Shown here piece by piece: positions 7,789 through 16,920 of a stretch of DNA of 19,237 bases (its first letter is position 1; each line of letters opens with the position of its first letter). Below the pieces are notes generated by a model that saw only the letters and a list, made by a program, of their open reading frames with translations, did no database searches and was not told the origin of the DNA. Origin of the DNA: an uncultured Parachlamydiaceae bacterium (GTDB lineage Bacteria; Chlamydiota; Chlamydiia; Chlamydiales; Parachlamydiaceae); the NCBI GenBank assembly GCA_963752155.1, contig CAVVXH010000013.1:1-19237 (forward strand), read 5' to 3'. The position numbers were made by a program, and so were the translations under genes.

Positions 7789-8244
7789 CTAATTTGTATC
7801 TACAGGCGTAGAATAGTAATAATAAGGATATATATAAGTTGGGGAAGTATCATAGTAGTTGTCGTAATAGTAATTTGGGTAATAGCTATCATAATCGTAG
7901 TAGTCAGGTGTATAATAATTAAATCCATTGCCATACCAACCGCCGCCCCAATTATTCCAATGATTGCCATGATGATGACCATGTCTATGATGATGTCCAT
8001 GTCCTCCATGGTGGTGGTGTCCATGTCCTCCGTGATGATGACCATGATGTCCTCCGTGACCACCATGATGTCCCCCGTGGCCTCCATGATGCCCCCCTCC
8101 TCCATGACCTCGAGCTATGAGTGCATTTTGATCTATCGAATCGCCATTAAGCTGTATTGATGCTATAGGGAAAAGAGAAATAGTTCCTAAAAGTAAAAGT
8201 AAAAGTTTAAGTGCTAAAGATGAAAATTGATGGGTAGAATACAT
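7789..8244 (-). CDS. Secreted Gly/His-rich and Tyr-rich low-complexity protein
   Basis: Hydrophobic N-terminal signal, GH/GGHH repeats, Y/D/N-rich tail; GGGG upstream of the ATG. Confidence 0.75.
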   Translation of the reverse strand: MYSTHQFSSLALKLLLLLLGTISLFPIASIQLNGDSIDQNALIARGHGGGGHHGGHGGHHGGHGGHHGHHHGGHGHHHHGGHGHHHRHGHHHGNHWNNWGGGWYGNGFNYYTPDYYDYDSYYPNYYYDNYYDTSPTYIYPYYYYSTPVDTN

Positions 8245-8496
8245 ATAACCCCCATATTAAAAGATTTAAAGTAAATAAGATCTTTGAAAATACAAACTTT
8301 GCTCCTTGTTATGAGATGCTTTCTACGAATATATTATACAAGTAAATAAGAAGATTCGTCAAGATTTTTCTTGAAATCACAATTTTAGTAAGAGAATGTT
8401 AAAACTTCGATCTTTTTCAGGAAAATTAGCAGCATATATTGGTGAAAAAAAATGAGTCTTGTGATATGGTAATTTTGTGTTTGAAAGGAGTTTTAT

Positions 8497-8604
8497 ATGA
8501 CCAAAGAAATCGTAAAGCATCGTAAAGATGACAAAAAAAAGCCTGCAATGACACCTAAAGAGCGAAAAGCTAAGAAGGTGGAGAAAAAGGCAACCAAATC
8601 TTAG
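8497..8604 (+). CDS. Small basic Lys-rich protein, 35 aa
   Basis: Manual translation MTKEIVKHRKDDKKKPAMTPKERKAKKVEKKATKS*; strong AAGGAG RBS 6 nt before the ATG. Confidence 0.75.
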   Translation: MTKEIVKHRKDDKKKPAMTPKERKAKKVEKKATKS

Positions 8605-8610
8605 GGATTT

Positions 8611-8671
8611 CAGCAATTCCCGCTAAACTTTCGTGCCCGTGCCCGTGCCCGAAAATTAGCGGGAATTACTG
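8611..8671. mobile_element. 61-bp MITE-like element with 10-bp target-site duplication
   Basis: TIR CAGCAATTCCCGCTAA/TTAGCGGGAATTACTG, (GTGCCC)3 loop, TTAGGGATTT at both 8601-8610 and 8672-8681. Confidence 0.85.
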
Positions 8672-8680
8672 TTAGGGATT

Positions 8681-9631
8681 TTAAGCTTCATCCCATCCGA
8701 AAGGCATGATTTCGGCAATATTATTTGCATTGTGGCGTAGCATCATGAGGCGATCAACACCGACGGCAACCCCACAACAATCAGGAAGTCCTTTTTCAAG
8801 AGCTGAAAGAAAACGTTCATCAAGCGGAAGGTTCTCCTTCCCCAGATTTACCCGTTCGCGATTTGATTCATTGAACCTACTGCGTTGTTCTTTCGGATCT
8901 GCTAGTTCATGATAACCATTTGCTAATTCGACGCCTCGATAATAAATTTCAAAACGTTCTGCTACATTTCCTTCCGGGCGATGCCTGGTTTTCGCTAAGG
9001 CAGCTTGTGATGCAGGATAGTAGGCAAGGGCTATCAGCTCATCTTTTCCAAGTTGGGGCTCTATGAGCATTCCCAAAATTAAATTGAGCAAATTATCCTT
9101 GTTTTCTTCTTCAATAGAACTGTAGAGAGGGAATTGATATTTCTTAAGAAGCGCAAGAAGTTCTTGTTCAGAACTCCTGAACGGATCTATCCCTGCATAG
9201 TCTTGGAAGGCATCGTGGTAGCTCAATACACGGCAGGGAAGAGAGCCTAGGAATAGTTGAGTAAAGTCTAGGGTTTCATTGATCATCTCTTCAAAAGTAA
9301 ACCCTAGGCGATACCATTCAGCCATCATAAACTCAGGATTATGCTTGGTCCCGGATTCTTCTTGGCGAAAAACATGCGCGAGTTGAAATATATCCCCAAT
9401 TCCCTCTGTGAGAAGGCGTTTCATTCCATATTCCGGAGAGGAATGAAGATAACGTTTACCGGAAGAATGATCTGTTGGAATGAGGTCAATATGTGCATCT
9501 ATAGAAGCTGCTGTAGTAATAAGCGGACAGTCCACTTCAAGAAGCTTTCGGTCGTAGAAGAATTTTCGGGCGGCCGCAAGCATAGCGGATCGATCTTGTA
9601 AAATTTTGAGTCGTGGGTTATCAATCATCAT
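8681..9631 (-). CDS. epmA: EF-P lysine aminoacylase (GenX/PoxA)
   Basis: YLHSSPEYGMKRLL, FRQEE..KHNPEFMMAEWY, AERFEIY..GVELANGYHEL, GVAVGVDRL; no anticodon domain; overlaps efp by 4 nt. Confidence 0.95.
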   Translation of the reverse strand: MMIDNPRLKILQDRSAMLAAARKFFYDRKLLEVDCPLITTAASIDAHIDLIPTDHSSGKRYLHSSPEYGMKRLLTEGIGDIFQLAHVFRQEESGTKHNPEFMMAEWYRLGFTFEEMINETLDFTQLFLGSLPCRVLSYHDAFQDYAGIDPFRSSEQELLALLKKYQFPLYSSIEEENKDNLLNLILGMLIEPQLGKDELIALAYYPASQAALAKTRHRPEGNVAERFEIYYRGVELANGYHELADPKEQRSRFNESNRERVNLGKENLPLDERFLSALEKGLPDCCGVAVGVDRLMMLRHNANNIAEIMPFGWDEA

Positions 9632-10194
9632 ACGCGGGAGACATATTCTCCTGTACGAGTGTCGATTTTGACTTTTTCACCTTCATCGATAAAAATAGGG
9701 ACCTGGACTTTTGCGCCGGTTTCTAAAGTGGCAGGTTTTAGAACGCGTCCTGAAGCTGTATTACCGCGGTCTCCTGGAGCTGTTTCAGTAATGCGGAATT
9801 CCATAAATGTGGCAGGTTCTACACTGACAGGATTGCCGTTATAAATTAGAATGCCGTACATAGCATCTTCTAAAAGCCAACGTTCGTTGTCTCCAATGCT
9901 TTCCAAGGGAATCGTAATTTGATCATAGGTCGTTTCGTCCATGAAAACCGCTCCTGCGGGCTCTCTATAGAGGAAACGCATTTCAGTTTCTACAACATCT
10001 GCTAAGTCGAGTTTTTCACCTGATTTGAATGTGCGCTCGATGACACGTCCAGAAAGCAGATGCTTAAGGCGGACGCGGTTGAAGGATTGTCCCTTACCTG
10101 GTTTTACAAATTCATTTGTCACAATGGCGTAGGGTTGACCCTCCATTTCGACTTTCATTCCGGATTTAAATTCATTTGTGCTTACTTGTGCCAT
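9628..10194 (-). CDS. efp: Translation elongation factor P
   Basis: FVKPGKGQ, RTFKSG, PGDRGNT, KPATLETG..VQVPIFI, IDTRTGEYVSR; true start is probably MAQVS at 10194. Confidence 0.96.
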   Translation of the reverse strand: MAQVSTNEFKSGMKVEMEGQPYAIVTNEFVKPGKGQSFNRVRLKHLLSGRVIERTFKSGEKLDLADVVETEMRFLYREPAGAVFMDETTYDQITIPLESIGDNERWLLEDAMYGILIYNGNPVSVEPATFMEFRITETAPGDRGNTASGRVLKPATLETGAKVQVPIFIDEGEKVKIDTRTGEYVSRV

Positions 10195-10221
10195 AAAGGT
10201 CCTTGTAGGTAAATGTGATAA

Positions 10222-10296
10222 GGGACTGTGCAACAATAACTTGTATGATTGGGCTTTGGCGCAGCCCAATCGTGCAAGTTATTGTTGCACAGTCCC
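10222..10296. mobile_element. 75-bp palindromic MITE-like element with TAA target-site duplication
   Basis: GGGACTGTGCAACAATAACTTG...CAAGTTATTGTTGCACAGTCCC flanked by TAA (10219-10221) and TAA (10297-10299). Confidence 0.85.
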
Positions 10297-10307
10297 TAAA
10301 TAACGTG

Positions 10308-10337
10308 ATCGTATCATATCTTTTAACATAATGTCAA
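10308..10337 (-). promoter_or_regulatory. Putative efp-epmA promoter
   Basis: Minus-strand TTGACA-18 bp-TACGAT with a TGn extension. Confidence 0.5.
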
Positions 10338-10370
10338 ATCGAACAAAAAATAGCATTATGCCGGAATGGC

Positions 10371-10399
10371 TTGACATCTCGAGGATAAGCTGGAATGAT
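10371..10399 (+). promoter_or_regulatory. Putative glgB promoter
   Basis: TTGACA-17 bp-AATGAT; AGGAGG/AGGAG RBS before TTG 10459. Confidence 0.45.
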
Positions 10400-10458
10400 C
10401 ACAAAATAGATAAAGAAACATCGGGCACGCATACGGGCACGAGCAAGGAGGTAGGAGC

Positions 10459-12650
10459 TTGGAAAAATTGAAAAATAGATCTGGTCGAGCATGGAATCGC
10501 CTTATTCATGGAGATGAATACAATCCACATTCTGTTCTTGGATTGCACGCTTATGATTTTGAAGCCCAAGAACCCCAAGAAGCAAAAAAGATCTATTTAT
10601 TTCGACCAGGCGCTACAGAAATTCATTTGGAAGTTTTTGGAGAGACTGTTCAGGCTAGAGGTCTCCATGAAAGCGGCTTATTTGAATATGAGGTTCCCAC
10701 AGAAACAACCGCAGCAGATTATCGCATCTATCACGCTAACGGATTACTTGCTCATGATCCTTATGCGTTTATGCCAACAATTGGAGAATACGAGTGTTAC
10801 CTTTACGGTAAAGGTGTTCATTATGAGCTCTATCGTGTTTTAGGAGCACATTTTATCACGCAGTGGGGCATCAAGGGTGTCAGGTTTGCCGTATGGGCTC
10901 CAGGAGCAATTCGAGTTTCCCTGATTGGAGATTTCAATTATTGGGACAGCCGGACTAATCCTATGCGTAGCTTAGGTAGTTCTGGCATTTGGGAAATTTT
11001 TATCCCAGGATTAAATGAGGGGATAAAATATAAATTTGAAATTAAAACACAATCAAATCAGCTTCAAATTAAAGCTGATCCCTTTGCTTTTTCCTCCGAA
11101 TTGCGGCCAGCCACGGCTTCAATTGTTACCAACCTAGATAAGTTTGAGTGGGAGGATCAGGATTGGCTGCGTCAGCGCAGAGAATAAGCGAACAAGCCCA
11201 AACCCCTTACTATTTATGAAGTTCATCTTGGCTCTTGGAAAAAAGAAAACGGACATTTCATTAATTATCGGAAGCTAGCTCTCGAATTAGCCGACTATTG
11301 TTTGAAAATGGGATTTACGCATGTAGAACTAATGCCTATTCAAGAGCATCCCTTGGATGAATCTTGGGGCTATCAAGTTTCAGGATTTCTATGCTCCTAC
11401 AAGCCGCCATGGAAGCCCTGAAGATTTTCAGTTCTTTGTCAATCATCTTCATCAACAGGGGATTGGAGTCATCTTAGATTGGGTTCCAGGGCATTTTCCT
11501 ACAGATGCTTTTTCTTTGGGTCGATTTGATGGCACAGCTCTCTATGAGCATGACGATCAGCGTCAAGGCTTACATCCACATTGGAATACCTATATTTTCA
11601 ATTTCGGCCGCAATGAAGTCGTCGAATTTTTTGATTGCCAATGCATTGTATTGGTTAGAGAAAATGCATGTTGATGGCCTGCGCGTAGATGCTGTGGCAT
11701 CGATGCTTTATTTAGATTACGGGCGCGACAGTGGAGAATGGATACCCAATCGTTATGGAGGCCACGAAAATTTAGAAGCGATTGAATTTTTTAAGCACCT
11801 GAATTCGATTGTGCATCAGAGAATTCCCGGGACCATTGATGATTGCTGAAGAGTCCACTTCTTTTGCAGGGGTTTCGCATCCTGTAGAACAAGGAGGACT
11901 GGGATTTGATTTGAAATGGAATATGGGATGGATGAATGATACCTTGCGTTATTTTTCGACCGATATGCTATTTTCGCAATTATCATCACAATGATTTAAC
12001 ATTTGGGTTGATTGTATGCCTTTTCAGAGCGTTTTGTCCTGGTGTTGTCCCATGATGAAGTCGTGCATGGCAAAAAAAGCTTATTGGGCAAAATGCCAGG
12101 AGATATCTGGCAACAATTTGCCAATATGCGTCTTCTATATAGTTATATGATTTGTCAGCCTGGAAAAAAATTGATTTTTATGGGAGGGGAGATTGGGCAA
12201 TGGAATGAATGGAATTGCAAAGGGGAAATTGAATGGTTTTTACTCAGATTTCCAATCCATCATGGCCTCCAAACAATGATTAAAGACCTCAATCACTTTT
12301 ACTTAGCCCATTCAGCCCTTTGGGAACATGATTTCAATCCATCAGGGTTCGAATGGGTCGATTTTAGTGATAACGCCAATAGTGTAATCAGTTACCTAAG
12401 AAAAGGAAGTGGAGACATTCTTCTATGCGTGCATAATTTTACTCCAGTTTACTACCCCTCCTACACAATTCGTTTGCAAAATGTATCATCTATTCAAGAA
12501 GTATTTAATACAGATGCAGAATGTTATGGCGGTTCTGGTCAGCAAAATGCTAATCCACCACAGTTAGCAAGAGGGGAAAATGGAATCATTTTTGGAGTAG
12601 ATATCGTGTTGGCTCCCTTAGCAACCATGATTTTTGCAGTCAAGTTTTAA
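10459..12650 (+). pseudogene. glgB: 1,4-alpha-glucan branching enzyme, interrupted (1 stop, 5 frameshifts; possibly sequencing error)
   Basis: Motifs across frames: [64 protein letters not shown]; ~728 aa once repaired. Confidence 0.93.
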
Positions 12651-12666
12651 GAATTCGGTGCAAAGC

Positions 12667-12756
12667 CAGCAGTTCCCGCTAAAGATAAAGAATAGCTGAG
12701 CGAGGGCTGTCAGCAGTCCGCAGCCAGCTAGTCTTTATCTTTAGCGGGAACTGCTG
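12667..12756. mobile_element. 90-bp MITE-like element (same TIR family as 8611) with imperfect 9-bp TSD, overlapping the can 3' end
   Basis: CAGCAGTTCCCGCTAAAGATAAAGA...TCTTTATCTTTAGCGGGAACTGCTG; flanks GTGCAAAGC / GCGCAAAGC. Confidence 0.8.
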
Positions 12757-13390
12757 GCGCAAAGCGTATTCGATAGATATTCTCGACCTGATCGATGCTT
12801 GAAATGCAGCAGTCTAGATCTTTAAGTTTGCCGGTTGCAAGGTCGTAAACCCATCCGTGAATCCATAAGAGCTGATTGCGCATCCAAGCCCCCTGCACGA
12901 TCGTTGTGTGGCAAACATTCAATACTTGCTGCATTACATTAAGCTCGACAAGTCTTTTAAAACGTTCATTTTCGTCGGGAATTTTCTCTAATTCGTCTTT
13001 AAAGCGTCCATAAACATCTCGAATAATTCTAAGCCAATTGTCTACAAGACCATGCGGATGGTCTTCCATAGCAGCTTTGACTCCGCCGCAGCCATAGTGT
13101 CCGCAAACAATCACATGCTGGATTTTAAGCAAATCTACAGCATATTCTAGGACAGATAGGCAGTTAAAATCTGTGTGAGGAAATAAATTGGCGACATTGC
13201 GATGCACAAAAAGTTCACCAGGTTCCAGTCCGACGATTTCATTCGCTGGAACGCGGCTATCAGAGCAACCAATCCACAGGTAGAGTGGGTCTTGCGCCTC
13301 AGCCATGCGGCGGAAATAGTTGGGGTCTTTACTGATTTTGGTTGTCAACCAGCTTTGATTATTTTCAAATAAAATTTGTAATTTCTTCAT
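12728..13390 (-). CDS. can: Beta-class carbonic anhydrase
   Basis: WIGCSDSRVP, GELFVHRNVAN, VCGHYGCGGV, IHGWVYDL. Confidence 0.96.
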   Translation of the reverse strand: MKKLQILFENNQSWLTTKISKDPNYFRRMAEAQDPLYLWIGCSDSRVPANEIVGLEPGELFVHRNVANLFPHTDFNCLSVLEYAVDLLKIQHVIVCGHYGCGGVKAAMEDHPHGLVDNWLRIIRDVYGRFKDELEKIPDENERFKRLVELNVMQQVLNVCHTTIVQGAWMRNQLLWIHGWVYDLATGKLKDLDCCISSIDQVENIYRIRFAPAVPAKDKD

Positions 13391-13510
13391 AGATCAGATA
13401 TTACCATATTTGATCTTTAGGGTGCAAATGTGCTATGAAATAAAATAAGTAGCGATTTCTGAAATTTTTCGCGATTATGGGTGTGCCTATTCGCAGAGGA
13501 GAATTATTGT

Positions 13511-16215
13511 GTGGATCTAAGTTTTCTACTTAAGCCAATAGCTCTATTTATCAATCGTTTGGATAAGCGTTGGCAGATATTTTCAATCGCTCTTTTATGT
13601 TTGATTATTATCCTTATCGTCATTGCCATTTCATTAAGTGAGTTAATCCAAAGTAAATCAATTAATCTAAAAACAATATTTTATGTAATTTTATTTTTTA
13701 ATTTTATTATATTATCAATTTTACTATATTTCTTTTCTGTTTTGACAAAAGATTTATCCGATAAAGAGAGTGAAACTCGTGCACTTCTTGAATCAACACC
13801 TGATGGAATTATTGTCTTGAATGAGAGCAATGCAATTCATAACTGCAATAGAGCCGCAGGTGAACTATTTGGATGCAAACCGGAGCAATTAATAGGGGAA
13901 AAAATTCATAGTATTATGACCCTTCCGATTGATCGGAAGACTAAGAAATCAGTGGATCAGTTCGAAATGCTATTTTTAGATTCTAACGTAAACGAGAAGT
14001 ACGAGGCAACAGCACTCAGGAAAGATGGAATTACTATCCCCATAGAAATAATTATCTCAGAAATAAAATCTTCACAAGAACGACAATCGAATATTTGTAT
14101 TTTAAGAGATATTTTAGAAGAAAAACAAGATGAAATTTGCGCAAATATGCGACAAGCGGTCACCCAAATACTTGTTGAATCGCATAATGCTGACTATGTG
14201 ATCCCAAGGTTCTTCAAGTCCTTGGTGAAATCATGGGGCTCGACATAGGGATTATCTGGATGGTCGATCATGAATCAAACGAACTTTATTGTGCTGAAAC
14301 ATGGATTAGGTCTGGACTTGAAAAATATGAAGAAATGAATCGTTTTATTAATGAAGTTTCCAAGCGACGCATCTCTTCTGGAGAAGGAGTCGCAGGAAGA
14401 GCTTTGCAGTTTAAGGAAGCTGATTGGATCGGAGATATCAGTTCAGACTTTGATGTAGAAGTTCCAAAAATAGGCGAAGAATTGAACATCTATAGCGCAT
14501 TTTCTTTTCCATTTCTTGATGAAGAAACAGTTTTAGGAGTTTTTGAATTCTTTTTCCCTTTTACAACTTTACTAAGCTCCTCTTTAATGAGTACACTGAG
14601 CGATATCTCCACCCAAATAAGCGTAGCAATTACTCGAGATCGATTTGCGACTGAATTGAAAAAGTCAACGCTTCGCCTGACCGCTCAATACGGCGCAATG
14701 CGAGCCTTATCAGAAACTTTTACGCTTGAAGACCTTGCCAAAAAGCTTCTTCAAGCTATTTGTGAACCTTTAGGATGGCAATTTGGCTTATTGTGGATGG
14801 TGGACAACCTCTCTAATGATATGCATTGTATTGGAATTTGGAATCCTGGTGACGTCGAAGCAAAAGAATTTGAAAAATTAAATCTTTTAATGCGTATATC
14901 AAAAGGTGAAGATCTTCCAGGAAGAGTTTGGAGTTTCGGTCAGCCTCTTTCAAGCGACCAAGTAAGCCGCGATCAAGATTCACAAAGATTGATTGCTGCA
15001 AAAGCAGCAGATTTGAATTTTGCTATTGGTTTTCCTATTCTCCTTCAAAATAAAGTTCTAGGTGTTTTGGAGTTCTTCATCATAAATAGCCAAGATTTAA
15101 ATGCCTCCTTATTGAGTATGTTGGAAGTCATTGGCCCCCAAGTTGGTCAGTTTATCGAAAGAAAAAAAATTGAAAAAGAACTCAATGAAAGTCATAAATA
15201 TAAAACAGCCATCCTAGAAGCCGCTTCAGACAGCATTATCACTACAAACCTTGATGGAGAAATCTTATCATTCAATTCTAAAACACTTGATTTATTTTAT
15301 ATTTCTAGAGAAGAAATAGAAAATAAGAATATTGATGATTTTATTCCAAATTTATCGCAAAAAATTATTTATCTAGATAAATTAAGTCCGACAGAATTTA
15401 CAGGATTAAGAGCTAACGGTGAGAAATTTCCTGCTGAAGTGACATCTTCAAAGACATATTTAAATAATCAGCAACTTTTAGTTTGTATCATACGAGACAT
15501 CACCGAGCGGAAAAATATTGAAAAAATGAAAAGTGAATTTATTTCAGTCGTAAGTCATGAGTTGAGAACCCCTCTTACCTCCATCAAGGGGGCAATGAGT
15601 TTACTGTTGGGACATTTTAGTGAAGGATTGCCAGAAAAAAGTAAAAATTTATTAAATATAGCCGATAAAAATTGCGATCGTTTAATTCTTTTGATTAATG
15701 ATATCTTAGATATTGAAAAAAGTGAATCAGGTAAAATGATTTTCAAATTTAAAAAAATGAATATCAAAGATTTGTTACAAGAAGCTGTAACCGGAATAGA
15801 ACAGTATGCAAAAAAATTTAATGTGAAAATTAAAACTGTAAACAATGAAGATATATTTGTTGAGGCTGATTATGACCGCTTGATGCAAGTATTGACCAAT
15901 CTTCTCTCTAATGCAATAAAATTTTCGTTTGAACATGGAACAGTTGTGGCAAGCATAGAGAGAATAGAAAATGTAGTAAGAGTAAGCATTAAAGATGAAG
16001 GAAAGGGGATACCAGAAGAATTCAAGCCCAAAATTTTTCAAAAATTTGTCCAGGAAGAGAGCTCTACAACTCGAGGTGTGACAGGGACTGGTCTCGGGTT
16101 AAGTATTTCTAAAGCCATTGTTGAAAGCCATCAAGGAAAAATTGATTTTATTTCTAAAAAAAATGAAGGATCGACGTTTTACTTTGAATTGCCTATCTCA
16201 TTAAAAGAAGGATAA
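13511..16215 (+). CDS. Membrane sensor histidine kinase (2TM-PAS-GAF-GAF-PAS-HisKA-HATPase), split by one frameshift near 14206
   Basis: ORFs 13481..14248 and 14233..16215 join if one base is restored in ATCCCAAGG. PAS (LESTPDGII..CNRAAGELFG), two similar GAF blocks, SHELRTPL, NLLSNAIKF, DEGKGI, GTGLGL. GAGGAG precedes GTG 13511. Confidence 0.88.
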
Positions 16216-16220
16216 ATAAA

Positions 16221-16610
16221 GTGGACAGACCATTAAAAAAAATATTAGTTGCTGAAGATGAACCAGATATCCAATCTGTCATTCAGATCGCATTAGAAGA
16301 TATAGGTGAATTCACAGTGAAAATTTGCAATTCCGGAATTGAAGTTTTGCGTGATATTGAAGCATTTCAACCCGACATCGTATTGTTAGATGTGATGATG
16401 CCAAAAATGGATGGGATCACCACATTAGCCGCTATCCGGCAACTTAAAAATCAGAATCATGTGCCTGTCATTTTTGTAACGGCTAAAAATCAAACAGGAG
16501 AAGCGGCTCATTTTATTGAACTAGGAGCTATAAGTGTGATAAGTAAACCCTTTGATCCGATGACGTTGTCCGATCAACTTCATAAAATCTGGAGAAACTA
16601 TAATGGATAA
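16221..16610 (+). CDS. Single-domain response regulator (REC)
   Basis: ILVAEDE, LLDVMMPKMDG, FVTA, SKPF. Confidence 0.93.
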   Translation: MDRPLKKILVAEDEPDIQSVIQIALEDIGEFTVKICNSGIEVLRDIEAFQPDIVLLDVMMPKMDGITTLAAIRQLKNQNHVPVIFVTAKNQTGEAAHFIELGAISVISKPFDPMTLSDQLHKIWRNYNG

Positions 16611-16920
16611 TAACATCGATCAGAAAATCGCTCTGTTACGAGAAAACTATGCAAAAAAATTGCCCGTAAAAATTGGTGAAATCAAAGAAGCCTGGCTTCA
16701 TTTAGAGAAAGATTGGACTAAAGAAAATCTGACAGCCATGCAGCGCCTCGCGCACAATTTACGTGGAACGTCGGCCACTTTTGGGTATGAAGATTTGAGT
16801 CATCACGCTGAAAAAATAGAGCGTGAAATGGATCTCATTCTTTCAACTTCTTCAATTGAACGGCCGAAACCGGCTAATGTGCAAAGTATTAGTTCTATGA
16901 TCGAAGATTTAAACTTCTAG
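16603..16920 (+). CDS. Histidine phosphotransfer (Hpt) protein
   Basis: LAHNLRGTSATFGY (HxLxG motif), helical ~105 aa, overlaps the REC gene. Confidence 0.9.
   Translation: MDNNIDQKIALLRENYAKKLPVKIGEIKEAWLHLEKDWTKENLTAMQRLAHNLRGTSATFGYEDLSHHAEKIEREMDLILSTSSIERPKPANVQSISSMIEDLNF

Noticed and set aside
7735..8160. Met/Val/Ile-rich ORFs 7735..8160 (+) and 7800..8105 (-)
   Set aside because: Shadow frames of the low-complexity His/Gly/Tyr gene.
8377..8616. 79-aa minus-strand ORF
   Set aside because: Antisense to the RBS-supported 35-aa basic peptide; starts within a MITE.
10195..10269. N-terminal extension of EF-P given in the ORF track
   Set aside because: The upstream start lies inside the palindromic element; EF-P homology begins at MAQVS (10194).
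11185..11187. Stop-codon reassignment or programmed recoding in glgB
   Set aside because: TAA ends many intact genes here, and five further shifts lack common slippery signals.
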